Source: Parcubacteria group bacterium
Lineage (GTDB): Bacteria; Patescibacteriota; Minisyncoccia; 2-02-FULL-40-12
DNA length: 49,925 bases
Assembly (NCBI GenBank): GCA_016186395.1
Contig: JACPLU010000007.1
Span: forward strand, 1-49,925
Direction: 5' to 3'
Position numbers and translations under genes: made by a program. A model generated the notes under the pieces. The model saw only the letters and a list, made by a program, of their open reading frames with translations, searched no databases and was not told where the DNA came from. This document shows, piece after piece, positions 1-8,733 of the stretch (position 1 is its first letter; every line of letters begins with the position of its first letter).

Positions 1-959
1 TACTTTCTTCGTTTGGCCGACGAAGTCTTGCAGATTCGGTAACTTATCTTTCTGGAAATCCAATAACCCGAGGACTAGCCCAATATGGCTTAGGACTTTT
101 AATGGTTGTACAACGCGCCAGTGGCGGTAATACCACCTACTTTCTTGGTGAAGTTTCAATAACCGCCTGGCAAAAATACTTCCCGATTGTATATGCACTT
201 AAAGAACCTTTGGCATGGTGGATTTTGGTTATAACAGTTTTATTGTCTTTGACTCTAAAATTGAAAAAGTTCGACTTTCATTTAAGAGATGCTGAAAAGT
301 GGGTTAAAAATAATTTTGTAGCCTTCGCAATGCTTTTATGGATTGCCATTTATTGGATAACAAGTATCAAAAGCAATCTTAATATTGGAGTAAGGCATTT
401 ACTGCCGGTTTATTCTTTCACGATTATTCTTATTAGCGGCCAGATAGCGAACTTACATGAAAATTTAAAACTCAAAATACAAAATAGTGGACTAAAATTA
501 AAATATTTAACTTTTAATTTTTTATTTTTTATTTTGATATTTTCATATGTATTTGAAAATCTTCGCGTCTGGCCGTATTACTTAACTTATTTTAACCAAA
601 TAGCCGGCGGACCGTCCGGTGGGTATAGATATGTTGTTGATTCAAATCTAGACTGGGGCCAAGATTTAAAACGCCTATCAAAATGGATAGATAGAAAAAA
701 GATTGAAACAATACATCTTGATTATTTTGGCTGGTCTGATCCGGCATATTATCTTGGCAGTAAATTAACTTATTTACATGCCGGGCAATATAAAAGCGCA
801 GAAGATTTTCTGCGCCAAAACCCAAATGGAGGGTACCTCGCCGTGTCAGCAACCTTTTTTATGGGAAGTAAAGAAAATATTGCCGCAAGCTATGCTTGGC
901 TTGATAATTATAAACCCATAACTACTATTGGAAACTCAATTTTTGTTTGGAAGTTCTAG
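1..959 (+). CDS. ArnT/PMT-like lipid-carrier-dependent membrane glycosyltransferase, C-terminal part (5' end outside window)
   Basis: The frame of ORF 102..959 stays open back to nt 3, so the gene is cut by the window edge. It has several hydrophobic helices, then a soluble tail with DSNLDWGQDL...YFGW, as in GT39/GT83-type enzymes. Confidence 0.55.
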   Translation, partial: LSSFGRRSLADSVTYLSGNPITRGLAQYGLGLLMVVQRASGGNTTYFLGEVSITAWQKYFPIVYALKEPLAWWILVITVLLSLTLKLKKFDFHLRDAEKWVKNNFVAFAMLLWIAIYWITSIKSNLNIGVRHLLPVYSFTIILISGQIANLHENLKLKIQNSGLKLKYLTFNFLFFILIFSYVFENLRVWPYYLTYFNQIAGGPSGGYRYVVDSNLDWGQDLKRLSKWIDRKKIETIHLDYFGWSDPAYYLGSKLTYLHAGQYKSAEDFLRQNPNGGYLAVSATFFMGSKENIAASYAWLDNYKPITTIGNSIFVWKF

Positions 960-991
960 AAAGCCACTAGAATCTAGCCACTAGCGACTAG
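956..991. repeat. CTAG-rich cluster (5 CTAG in 36 bp) between convergent genes
   Basis: tCTAGaaagccaCTAGaatCTAGccaCTAGcgaCTAG read directly. A similar cluster lies at 7420-7466. Confidence 0.6.
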
Positions 992-1005
992 ATTTAAAAA
1001 TTCTC

Positions 1006-1830
1006 CTACTTATAATAAATTCGGTCTTGAACTCTTAAGTCAAAATACTCTATTTTTTTGTTTTGGTCAATTTTTCCAAGAACCGCATTCATGCCTAAAA
1101 TTTGTGTTTTAATATCTACCGTCCTATCTAGAAAAATAGACCAACCGGCTACAGTTTTAATCCAAAATTCTCCAACAGTACCCTTAGGAATCAAAAAATA
1201 GTCTATTTTAAGGTTATTAAAATTTTTCAATAACTCGTGCGCCTCCAAAATTTTAGTATACAAATCCGGATCTTCAATAACTGGTTTTCCTATTTTAATT
1301 TGTCCCAATTCGTCTTTTATTTCCCACAAGGCACCCTTAACTTCCGGGGCCGGCTCAAAAGCTAGTCTATCGCGATCAAAGTAATAACAAGAATTAGTAT
1401 TATCACAATATATGCCAAATGGTTTTCTTATAGAACCGCTTAAATTTAGCATCCCATTGCCAAATAAATTAATATGAGCATCGATATCCACCAATTTAGG
1501 TGAGTCGGTTTTTAAGGAGTTTTCTAGACTTGTTAAGGACCCACTAATTAACAAAGTTAAAACATTATCCCTTTTTTTAATAAATGGTAAAAATTCAGTA
1601 TTTAAAAAATTCTCTGCTTCTTTTTTTAAAATTGGCTCGATACTCGAATCACCTACAGAAACTTCAACCCCTTTTACTTCAAAAAAACCGGCAAAAAAGA
1701 AACAATATATAAAAGCTGTTAAGTAACCTAAAAATAAAATTAAAAACCATGGTATTCTACCCGTCTTTTTAGACTTTTTCTTCCAGTTGATATTTGCCTG
1801 AACTTTACGAGGAGGAGAGATTACCTTCAA
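1006..1830 (-). CDS. FtsQ/DivIB-like cell-division protein (N-terminal TM plus POTRA-like region)
   Basis: 274 aa with a basic N-terminus, one TM, then VKGVEVSV... and a beta-rich ectodomain. Apparent TTG start. Sits among cell-envelope genes. Confidence 0.4.
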   Translation of the reverse strand: MKVISPPRKVQANINWKKKSKKTGRIPWFLILFLGYLTAFIYCFFFAGFFEVKGVEVSVGDSSIEPILKKEAENFLNTEFLPFIKKRDNVLTLLISGSLTSLENSLKTDSPKLVDIDAHINLFGNGMLNLSGSIRKPFGIYCDNTNSCYYFDRDRLAFEPAPEVKGALWEIKDELGQIKIGKPVIEDPDLYTKILEAHELLKNFNNLKIDYFLIPKGTVGEFWIKTVAGWSIFLDRTVDIKTQILGMNAVLGKIDQNKKIEYFDLRVQDRIYYK

Positions 1831-1902
1831 AATACGATGCCAATATACGAATTGATACTAATGATACAAATATTATTAGTATAATTCGCATGCATTAGTA
1901 TA

Positions 1903-3156
1903 TTAGTATCGCGATTTTATTTCTTTTACTCCCATATACTTACGTAATATTTTTGGTATTACTACAGTTCCCTTTTTAGTTTGATAGTTCTCTAAAATGT
2001 TTATTAAAATTCTTGGGGTAGCAATGGCTGTGTTATTTAAAGAATGGGCGAACAATGTTTTACCATCTTTACTGCGGTATCTAATATTTAAACGCCTTGT
2101 CTGAAAATCATGGAAATAGGAAGAAGAATGAGTTTCTCTGAATCTGTTTTGAGACGGTACCCAAGTTTCAAGATCATATTTTTTAACTTGGCCAAGACCT
2201 AAATCACCGGCAGAATTAACAACCTTTCTATATGGCAATTTCAAAGCTTGCAAAATTTCTTCCGAATTTTTAGTCAGTTCTTCATGCCAACGAACCGATT
2301 CGTCATGATCATTTTTGCATAGTATGACTTGTTCCAACTTATAAAATTCATGAACTCTTAAAACACCTTTTGTATCTTTACCATATGAACCTGCTTCTGA
2401 CCTATAACAAGGAGAAAAAGCAATATATTTAAGTGGCAAATCTGTTTCTTTAAAAATTTCATCTGCATGATATCCCATAACTGAAACTTCAGAAGTGCCA
2501 ATTAAATACTGATCATCACCAAGAGTATAAATCTCGTCTTTTCCTTGGGGCAACCAACCAGTGCCAACAAAATTAAAACCCTTGGCTATTGTGGGAGCTA
2601 TCAACGGCTTAAAACCTTTTTTTGTTAAATAGTCTAAGGTAAACTGCAACAATGCAAAAGTGAGTTGAACTGCTTCATTTTTTAGAAAATACCCTCTAAA
2701 ACCAGAAACCTTCGCCCCCCGTTCAGAATCAACCAAGTCTAAATCATCCATTAAGGCTATATAATCTTTAGGTTGAAAATTGAATTTTGGAATTTTGCCC
2801 CATGTTTTAATTTCTTTGTTATCAATGTCTGTTTTACCATCAGGTACACTTGGATCTGGCACATTTGGAACTAAAAGCATCAGTTCGTTAAATTCTTTTT
2901 CCAAAACATTAAATTCTTCTTCCAAAACTTTAATTCTTTCCTTTAAGTTTTTAAGTTGCTCTAATTCTAATGGCGTTTTAGGACCATTTTTTGAACCCTT
3001 ATTTTGCTCGGCTCTCAAATTATCAGTTTGATTAATCAATTCTCTGCGTCTTTTATCCAGTTCCAACAAATGATCAATATTAATATCGACTCCCTTCTTG
3101 CGAGCCGCTTCTTTAACTAACTCCGAATTTTCGCGAATAAATTTGATATCTAACAT
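1903..3156 (-). CDS. serS: seryl-tRNA synthetase
   Basis: 417 aa with an N-terminal coiled-coil arm (MLDIKFIREN...) and a class II core (TSEV, RVHEF, GDLG, NNTAIATPR). Confidence 0.95.
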   Translation of the reverse strand: MLDIKFIRENSELVKEAARKKGVDINIDHLLELDKRRRELINQTDNLRAEQNKGSKNGPKTPLELEQLKNLKERIKVLEEEFNVLEKEFNELMLLVPNVPDPSVPDGKTDIDNKEIKTWGKIPKFNFQPKDYIALMDDLDLVDSERGAKVSGFRGYFLKNEAVQLTFALLQFTLDYLTKKGFKPLIAPTIAKGFNFVGTGWLPQGKDEIYTLGDDQYLIGTSEVSVMGYHADEIFKETDLPLKYIAFSPCYRSEAGSYGKDTKGVLRVHEFYKLEQVILCKNDHDESVRWHEELTKNSEEILQALKLPYRKVVNSAGDLGLGQVKKYDLETWVPSQNRFRETHSSSYFHDFQTRRLNIRYRSKDGKTLFAHSLNNTAIATPRILINILENYQTKKGTVVIPKILRKYMGVKEIKSRY

Positions 3157-3275
3157 ACCGCGATACTAATATACGAATGCGTGCGAATTATACGAATAAT
3201 ATAAGGTCGATTGAATCCATTAGTATCCTTAATATAAATTCATATAGTGGCATCGAATTAAGCATCTCTGAAAAT

Positions 3276-4736
3276 TTATTTTGGTCGCATTAACGGAAAC
3301 AATATCACTTCTCTTAATGCATGCGAATTTGTAAACAGAACAGTCAATCTATCTATTCCCATTCCAAAACCAACTGCTGGCGGCATACCATATTCAAGCG
3401 CTTCAATAAACTCTTCGTCATATGGATGAGCCTCTTGGTGGCCTTTCTTAATGAGTTTTTGTTGGACTTCAAAGCGTTCCTTTTGATCAATGGGATCATT
3501 TAATTCTGAAAAACAATTTGTCAGCTCCTGCCCACCAACAATTAATTGAACCCTCGCTACATAATCTGGACTATTTTCCAGCTTTTTAGCCAAAGGCGAT
3601 ATTTCTAGCGGGTGATTTGTAACAAAAGTTGGCTGGATTATGTTGGGTCGAGCAAGTTTTTTATATATTTCATCGGCAATATTTCCCTTGGTCATAGTTT
3701 TATCTATGGTTATTCCTAGGTCTTTAGCTTTTTTAGAAAGAATTTCTTCATCAACATCATCATAGTCAAGTCCTGAAGATTCTTTTAAAACTTCGTTGAA
3801 TGTTAATCTTTTATACGGTCCATGCAAATCTATTTCCCTTCCCTCATGCAAAATTTTTGTATTGCCAAAAATCTTCGCCGCCAAATTTTCCAACATTTGT
3901 TCGATAAACTCCATCACCCAATTATAATCTTTATAAGCAACGTAAAACTCAAGCATTGTGAATTCCGGATTATGATCATGATCCATGCCTTCGTTGCGAA
4001 AGTTTTTGGCAAATTCATAAACTCTTTCAAAGCCTCCAACCAACAATCTTTTTAAGAACAACTCCGGTGCAACCCTTAAGTAAACCTCTAAATCTAGCGC
4101 ATTCATATGACTTTTAAACGGTTTAGCCAATGCACCACCGGGAATTAACTGTAAAATTGGTGTTTCAACCTCCATAAAATCGTTTGAATCCAAAAAGCTT
4201 CTTAACCCTTTTATAACCGCTGTTCTGGTTTTAAATTTGTCTTTAACTTCGCTATTAAAAATTAAATCCAGATATCTTTTGCGATAGCGTTCTTCAACAT
4301 CTTGTAAACCATGCCATTTTTCGGGCAGAGGCATAATAGTTTTAGCAAGAAGTCTATATTTTTCAACTTCTAGAGTTTTTTCTTCTTTCTTTGTTTTAAA
4401 TAAAAATCCGTAAACTTCTAAAAAATCCCCAATATCAACTGTTTCCATAAAGAAATCGAATTCCCTTTCTCCTAAAACATCCTTTTTAAAATAAACCTGA
4501 ACTTTCTCACTCTCGTCTATTAAGTCTAAAAATACAGACCCACCGTGCTCACGTTTAGCCATAATTCGGCCAACTAAAACAATACGGCTTTTAGAATCGC
4601 TTAGATCATCAAAGTTATCCAGAACCTGATCAATCTTGTGAGAACGCCAAGACTTAGCCGGATAAGGATCAACTCCAGCCTTTTTCAATTTTTCTAATTT
4701 TTCTAACCGGGCTTTACGGATTTCTTCTAGAGCCAT
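3276..4736 (-). CDS. lysS: lysyl-tRNA synthetase, class II
   Basis: 486 aa with an OB anticodon-binding domain and class II motifs (FRNEG, GMGIDRL). Confidence 0.95.
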   Translation of the reverse strand: MALEEIRKARLEKLEKLKKAGVDPYPAKSWRSHKIDQVLDNFDDLSDSKSRIVLVGRIMAKREHGGSVFLDLIDESEKVQVYFKKDVLGEREFDFFMETVDIGDFLEVYGFLFKTKKEEKTLEVEKYRLLAKTIMPLPEKWHGLQDVEERYRKRYLDLIFNSEVKDKFKTRTAVIKGLRSFLDSNDFMEVETPILQLIPGGALAKPFKSHMNALDLEVYLRVAPELFLKRLLVGGFERVYEFAKNFRNEGMDHDHNPEFTMLEFYVAYKDYNWVMEFIEQMLENLAAKIFGNTKILHEGREIDLHGPYKRLTFNEVLKESSGLDYDDVDEEILSKKAKDLGITIDKTMTKGNIADEIYKKLARPNIIQPTFVTNHPLEISPLAKKLENSPDYVARVQLIVGGQELTNCFSELNDPIDQKERFEVQQKLIKKGHQEAHPYDEEFIEALEYGMPPAVGFGMGIDRLTVLFTNSHALREVILFPLMRPK

Positions 4737-4867
4737 ACATTCAATATAACAATTCTAAAAATGAAAGTCTAAGGTAAAAAGGCCCCGCCAGGGCTGGGGT
4801 TTGCAAAGAAAGAGAAAAAGTATTATTCACTAAATTAGATTATGGTCAAATTAACCAGAATGCTTAG

Positions 4868-5332
4868 TTATAATATCTCTAAAATCTTATAAACTATCTT
4901 GCCTTTTGGAGTCATAACCTCTACTTCTTCGTCTTTCACATGCCCCAAAAACGCTTTGCCTAAAGGAGATTCGTTAGAAACAAACCCTTTTGAAGGATCT
5001 GACTCTGACGAACCAACGATAGTAAACTGCTGATTGCCATGCTTAGAACTTACTTTGACAGTTGAACGTATTTCAACTAAAAAATGAGTATGATTCTTAG
5101 AATCTTCTTCAACAATCACAGCGTTTTTTAATGTTTCCTCTAACTCCTCAATCTTTCCTTCGTTAAAAGATTGAAGCATAATTGCTTCTTGGTATTCGGC
5201 ATTTTCGGATATATCTCCCAATTCTTTTGCATCTTGAATTTTTATTGCGATTTCAGCACGTAAATTCGTTTTTCTATATTCAAGCTCATCTCTTATTTTT
5301 TTTAATCCCTCTGAAGTAAAATATTGAACCAA
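4868..5332 (-). CDS. greA: transcription elongation factor GreA
   Basis: 154 aa with a coiled-coil N-terminus (GDISENAEY) and a C-terminal FKBP-like domain (SNESPLGKAFLG). Apparent TTG start. Confidence 0.9.
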   Translation of the reverse strand: MVQYFTSEGLKKIRDELEYRKTNLRAEIAIKIQDAKELGDISENAEYQEAIMLQSFNEGKIEELEETLKNAVIVEEDSKNHTHFLVEIRSTVKVSSKHGNQQFTIVGSSESDPSKGFVSNESPLGKAFLGHVKDEEVEVMTPKGKIVYKILEIL

Positions 5333-5417
5333 AATAATAATACTAATCTACAAATTCATACGAATGCTACGTATAGATACCATTTTACAAATATGGTTAT
5401 ACGAATAAGACTTCCCC

Positions 5418-5482
5418 ATTCGTATACACTATTCGTTAAGTGTATCTATTTTATTCGCATACACTATTTGTAAGTGTATCTA
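5418..5482. repeat. two tandem ~31-nt units, each an ATACACT/AGTGTAT hairpin, upstream of greA
   Basis: attcgtatacactattcgttaagtgtatcta (5418-5448) and attcgcatacactatttgtaagtgtatcta (5453-5482), with a 35-nt period. Confidence 0.7.
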
Positions 5483-5525
5483 ATTATTTGTTGTATTCGT
5501 ACGCCATTTGTTGATTCGTATTACA

Positions 5526-7394
5526 TTATTGTTTATAAAAATACCAATTTAAAACCTTTTTTACAACTTGAGCCGGAAAATTTTCTCCATGACCACCACG
5601 TTCAATAAGTATTGTAACCGCAATTTCCGGATTCTCATACGGAGCGAATACGGTTAGCCAAGCGTTGGTTGACTGACCCTTAACCACCTCGGCTGAACCA
5701 GTCTTGCCAGCAATCGGAATTGGAAAATCCTTAAGCCTCCACACAGTTCCTTCTGTTACTGCGGCACGCATTCCTTCTTTGATAATATCTAAATTATTTT
5801 TGTTAACATCCAATTTCCCCAATAATTTTGGCTCCTTAGTTTCTATAACTTCGCCGTCAGATGTTACAACTTTTTTCACAATGTGAGGCTGAAAAAGATC
5901 ACCACCATTTGCCATTGCAACAGTCATACTATTCAACCACAGTGGAGTTACTAACAAATCACCCTGTCCTATAGAAATATTATACGTATCACCGGTATAC
6001 CAGCCCTCGCCTTTTTTAGCCTGTTTCCAATCGGGTGTTGGAATAAAACTTTCAATCTCACCGGGTAAATCAATACCTAACTTTTTATCAGCCAACGCAA
6101 GTTTAAGATATTGTACTATTTTTCCAATCCCCAAACCAGATATGTCATAATAACCGCCCCCAATAGTGTAAAAGTAGACATCAACCGAATTTGCAATAGC
6201 TTTAATCATATCAACCAAACCATGAACTTTCCAATCCCTGAAGGTATAAGTAATACTTGGATCGTATTGATTTTTAACAGTAATGCCCCCGTTAGCCAGA
6301 ATTTTCTTTTTAGGATCAATAATTTTTTCTTCTAAAGCAGCCAGAGCAACCAGGAGTTTAATTGTAGAACCAGGAGAAAGTCTACCAGAAATAACCCGAT
6401 TAAACAAAGGTCTATCTTTATTCTGAAAAATATCTTTAAAGAAATCTGGATTTGATCCTGCAATAAAATCGTTGTTATCGTAACTGGGAAAACTGGCCAT
6501 AGCCAACACAGAACCGGTTCTTGGATCTTGAATTACTGCTGCAGCTTTTTTAAGACCCAATTGAGCAAGAGCGGAATTTAACTCGTTCCACAAAACTCGT
6601 TGAAGATCTAAATCTATAGAAGTGACCAAAAAGTTACCCTCTTGTGGCGGATTTGTAACCACTTTTGAAACATCGTCACGACTAAACCTTACTTCTCCTG
6701 ATTGACCGCGCAAAATCTTATCATAATGCTCTTCCAATCCGTCTCTGCCACGAAGCTCTCCAAAACCATACAAACTATCTTTAAGTAGCTCTTCTTTAGA
6801 AACCTCATTAACATAGCCCAAAATGTGAGAAGATACCTGTCCAGAGGGATATTTTCTTCTAGTGTTCTCAACCGCTATTAAGCCCGGTAAATCAAAACCA
6901 ATAATAGTTTCTTTAAGTTTTTGATCATTTGTTTCAAACAATAAAATTGGATTTTCTGATTTTGACTCAAGAACCAAAGAAGCTTTAGAATCGGTTAGTC
7001 CCAAAACTTTTAAAAAAACCTCTTCATAGCTTTTTCGATCTTTAATCCCAAAGTTTACTTGAGAAGGGAAAAAAATAATATCGTATACCACCTCATTCCC
7101 AGCAAGAACCTTACCAGCAGTATCAAAAATTAAACCCCTTGGTGCATTTAAAGAATACTGTCGATATTGATTCTCAAGAGCAAGAGCTTTAAAATAATTG
7201 CCTTTTATGATTTGGAGTTGAAAAAGTCTGGCTACAAAAAGTCCGAGAACGCCTAAAATAATAATGGAAACTATAAATAAGGAGTTGCCACTTAAAGACT
7301 TAGAAAGTTTGGCTTCGTAATTTGGATTGTAAAAAAGAACCTCTTCTGGCTCTAAATCTTCTTCTATACGAGAAGGAACAGAATATTTCTTCAA
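5526..7394 (-). CDS. mrdA: penicillin-binding protein 2 (class B transpeptidase)
   Basis: 622 aa with an N-terminal TM, a PBP dimerisation domain and a transpeptidase domain (STIK, KTGS). Lies next to mreB. Confidence 0.85.
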   Translation of the reverse strand: MKKYSVPSRIEEDLEPEEVLFYNPNYEAKLSKSLSGNSLFIVSIIILGVLGLFVARLFQLQIIKGNYFKALALENQYRQYSLNAPRGLIFDTAGKVLAGNEVVYDIIFFPSQVNFGIKDRKSYEEVFLKVLGLTDSKASLVLESKSENPILLFETNDQKLKETIIGFDLPGLIAVENTRRKYPSGQVSSHILGYVNEVSKEELLKDSLYGFGELRGRDGLEEHYDKILRGQSGEVRFSRDDVSKVVTNPPQEGNFLVTSIDLDLQRVLWNELNSALAQLGLKKAAAVIQDPRTGSVLAMASFPSYDNNDFIAGSNPDFFKDIFQNKDRPLFNRVISGRLSPGSTIKLLVALAALEEKIIDPKKKILANGGITVKNQYDPSITYTFRDWKVHGLVDMIKAIANSVDVYFYTIGGGYYDISGLGIGKIVQYLKLALADKKLGIDLPGEIESFIPTPDWKQAKKGEGWYTGDTYNISIGQGDLLVTPLWLNSMTVAMANGGDLFQPHIVKKVVTSDGEVIETKEPKLLGKLDVNKNNLDIIKEGMRAAVTEGTVWRLKDFPIPIAGKTGSAEVVKGQSTNAWLTVFAPYENPEIAVTILIERGGHGENFPAQVVKKVLNWYFYKQ

Positions 7395-7419
7395 ACGAAT
7401 AACGTTTAGTATTTAACCG

Positions 7420-7466
7420 CTAGTGATTTTACTGCTAGTTACTAGTGACTAGGTACTAATGGCTAG
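7420..7466. repeat. CTAG-rich cluster (5 CTAG in 47 bp) between mreB stop and PBP2 start
   Basis: cCTAGtg...tgCTAGttaCTAGtgaCTAGgtactaatggCTAG. It shares the ACTAG word with 956-991. Confidence 0.6.
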
Positions 7467-7467
7467 T

Positions 7468-8517
7468 TTAGAGAAACCCTTCTTTTTGTACTGAAACTAA
7501 AATCTCTTTTAACTTATCGACATCTTCCAAAACAATACCGCAACCGCGAACCACAGCAGTTAAAGGATCGTCTACAACCTTTATGGGTAATTTTGTTTCT
7601 TGACCTAAAAGTACATCTAAATTTCTTAAAAGACTTCCCCCTCCCGCAAGATAAATAGCTCGATTCATAAGATCAGCAACTAACTCTGGCGGTGTTTCTT
7701 CAATCGTGTTCTTCACTGCGCTTACTATCGCCCTCAAAGAACGCGCTATTGCTTTTCTTATATCATCGGAGGTTATAACAATCTCTTTTGGCAAACCAGA
7801 AACCATGTCTCTACCCCTAACGATAATTTCTAACTCCTCTTCCATTGGTCTTGCCGAACCAACGGCAAGTTTTATTTCTTCCGCTGTTCTATCTCCTATC
7901 AACATGTTAGACTCTTCTCTAACATATTGCACTATGTCTTGATTTAATTTATCTCCAGCAATACGAATACTGCGTGAAGCAACAATCCCACCAAGACTAA
8001 TCACCGCCACTTCAGTTGTACCACCGCCAATATCAACAATCACATTAGCTACTGCGTCATGTATGGGTAGCCTCGCTCCAATAGATGCCGCCATGGGTTC
8101 TTCTATTAAATAAACCTCTCTAGCTCCAGCATTATATACAGCATCCTCAACTGCTCTCTTTTCAACATCAGTCACGCCGGACGGAATACCCACTACAACA
8201 CGAGGCCTTGGAATAATTGTAAACGATTCTTTGTGAACTTTATCAATAAAAAACTTTATCATCTGTTCGGTCACTTCAAAATCTGAAATCACACCTGACA
8301 CTAAAGGCCTTGTAGCAATTATATGACCGGGTGTTCTTCCCACCATACGTTGAGCTTCTGTTCCTATCGCTAAAAGCTGACCGGTTTTCTTATTTATCGC
8401 AACCACTGAAGGTTCACGAATAATAATTCCCTTACCACGAACATAAACCAAAGTATTGGCCGTTCCAAGATCAATCCCTATATCTTTTGAGAAAGCTCCG
8501 AAAAGTTTATCAAGCAT
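7468..8517 (-). CDS. mreB: rod-shape protein MreB
   Basis: Actin-fold motifs (IGIDLGTANT, DIGGGTTE). The ORF track extends to a TTG at 8583, but the ATG at 8517 (MLDKLFGAFSKD...) fits the MreB N-terminus. Confidence 0.93.
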   Translation of the reverse strand: MLDKLFGAFSKDIGIDLGTANTLVYVRGKGIIIREPSVVAINKKTGQLLAIGTEAQRMVGRTPGHIIATRPLVSGVISDFEVTEQMIKFFIDKVHKESFTIIPRPRVVVGIPSGVTDVEKRAVEDAVYNAGAREVYLIEEPMAASIGARLPIHDAVANVIVDIGGGTTEVAVISLGGIVASRSIRIAGDKLNQDIVQYVREESNMLIGDRTAEEIKLAVGSARPMEEELEIIVRGRDMVSGLPKEIVITSDDIRKAIARSLRAIVSAVKNTIEETPPELVADLMNRAIYLAGGGSLLRNLDVLLGQETKLPIKVVDDPLTAVVRGCGIVLEDVDKLKEILVSVQKEGFL

Positions 8518-8733
8518 GCGAAATTTGTCTATGAAGCGTAGCCACGTCTTACGCGGCAAAGCTAAATAGATACAAATGAGCAAGAACTTATCTTAGCAAT
8601 CTATATTAAAAAAGCAACAAAAAAGGCCTTTAACAGGCTTAATGGTGAAGGGTTAAGTGTCTTTAAATGCACCGCTCCCCTCTAATCTTTGGTCCTCCAT
8701 ATCGAATGAAGAATCCAAAACTCATATATTTAA

